NCBI GenBank assembly: GCA_010015585.1 | Contig: ML975155.1 | Strand: one strand, 5' to 3' | DNA from: Eremomyces bilateralis CBS 781.70 | Taxonomy: Eukaryota | DNA: 64,000 nucleotides | Shown here: in pieces, positions 62,897 through 64,000 of the stretch | How the letters are laid out: every line of letters starts with the position of its first letter | Position numbering within the stretch: position 1 is the first letter of the stretch | The notes under the pieces: generated by a model | Databases searched by the model: none | Seen by the model: only the letters and a program-made list of their open reading frames with translations | Told to the model about the DNA's origin: nothing | Translations under genes and position numbers: made by a program

Positions 62897-64000
62897 ACCT
62901 TCCGGTAGACCAATTCGTGCCTCGTTGCTTCGGCGTGGTAATAATCGGAAGTCCGCCTGTGTGTACAGGCACAACGTGAATCCAGCGACAGTACTTCCAT
63001 CGGCCATAGCCCATAGGAGGCCTGGATTCTGGTCTTCTGAAGAACAGACTGGATGGAAGGATGGAGAATGGGACCAGGCGTCGGAAATTGCAACTTTCAT
63101 TCTCCGATGCAGAGACCCTGACGACGGTAGGGATGGCCGCAGGGATGACTGCAGGGGAATGAACACTGCCCTGTGCAATATGTACAGAAAAAGAGAGATG
63201 ACCAGCGAAAAGTAAACAGCGCTAGTTTATTACCCCGGCTTAGTCTAACCCAATCAGTTCTCTCTAAGCTTTCATTGTGGGTACCTGATGTTAAGCCGAC
63301 CAATAACAGATGACATAAGATCCAATAAAACAGGGTGAAGGGTGCTTCCAGTCGTTCTATGGCCCATGCTCCTCCTTCTTACAACTGAATTCCCGGGCTT
63401 CAGTTCCTGTTCCACGGGTTCATTGAGCATCGTGATATGATCATTGCAATTCGCAATCCGTAATTATTGATTCAAACGCATCGACTATCGGATTTGGTTT
63501 CAACTCTCGAATTCATATCTGGTTGTCCATCATTACACTGCATTGATTTAGAATCTTACGACGTCTCTTATTCCTTCCTACCACGTGCCAACTGGTTGTG
63601 TTCTTGATACACTGTCCGGGTGGTATGGAGTACAGTAGGATTTAAGATGTCTAATAATGACAACCTTGTGCCCCTCTCCCGTCTCGCGATATGGCCAATC
63701 TGTGGGGGGTTAGATATTTCAATATCTGTTGCCCTATTTGAGAAGACACCAACAATATTATGGATGTGTATTGCCTATTGTTGATTCTCACGCCTTGCCT
63801 AACCATTGGCCATGATTAAATTGAAATCATGATCTCCCTTAAACGTTTCCATATTCATATACTTTTGCTTGGTGTGCAAAACGTGGCCAACCGACGTGGG
63901 ATGGAGGCAAGGAGCCCAAATGTTCCTGGAAGCCTGCCAGGTACATACCTAACCTTCAAAAAACTCCAGTCGCCTCCCCAAAGCCCTTCAAGCTACTTAC

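Noticed and set aside
1..64000. CRISPR array, tRNA/rRNA, secondary-metabolite cluster, autonomous TE, RIP-type AT-rich block
   Set aside because: Repeats are simple tandems without spacers. I recognised no cloverleaf or rRNA segments, no PKS/NRPS/transposase/RT motifs and no strongly AT-rich tract by eye. tRNAscan-SE and Infernal would be needed to exclude small RNAs.

Overview
Eukaryotic DNA from a filamentous ascomycete (Pezizomycotina): compact genes with short GT-AG introns and CTRAC/CTAAT branch points. It is mostly housekeeping genes: a PIN4/Cip2-like RRM-R3H protein (3' truncated), LIN1, UFD1, CDC34, a quinate-permease-like MFS transporter, a RAD4/XPC family gene, a MATH-USP-MORN-RING protein, SEC8, a UapA/UapC-type purine permease, CRD1, a GH47 alpha-1,2-mannosidase, MTO1, SEC27, MSB2, and three hypothetical genes. 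Items the ORF track misses or does not explain: (1) a 48-aa Cys/His-patterned microprotein ORF at 10664-10810, alone in a 4-kb gap; (2) a 173-bp TA-flanked Tc1/mariner-pogo-type MITE; (3) a BIR-like zinc domain locus spread over three frames; (4) a USP domain lacking its catalytic Cys and His, fused to a RING finger, with 8 CreA-consensus hexamers upstream; (5) an intron-independent frameshift in the purine permease. I could not support any tRNA, rRNA, CRISPR array or autonomous transposon. All family assignments come from motif recognition by eye, with no database searches.
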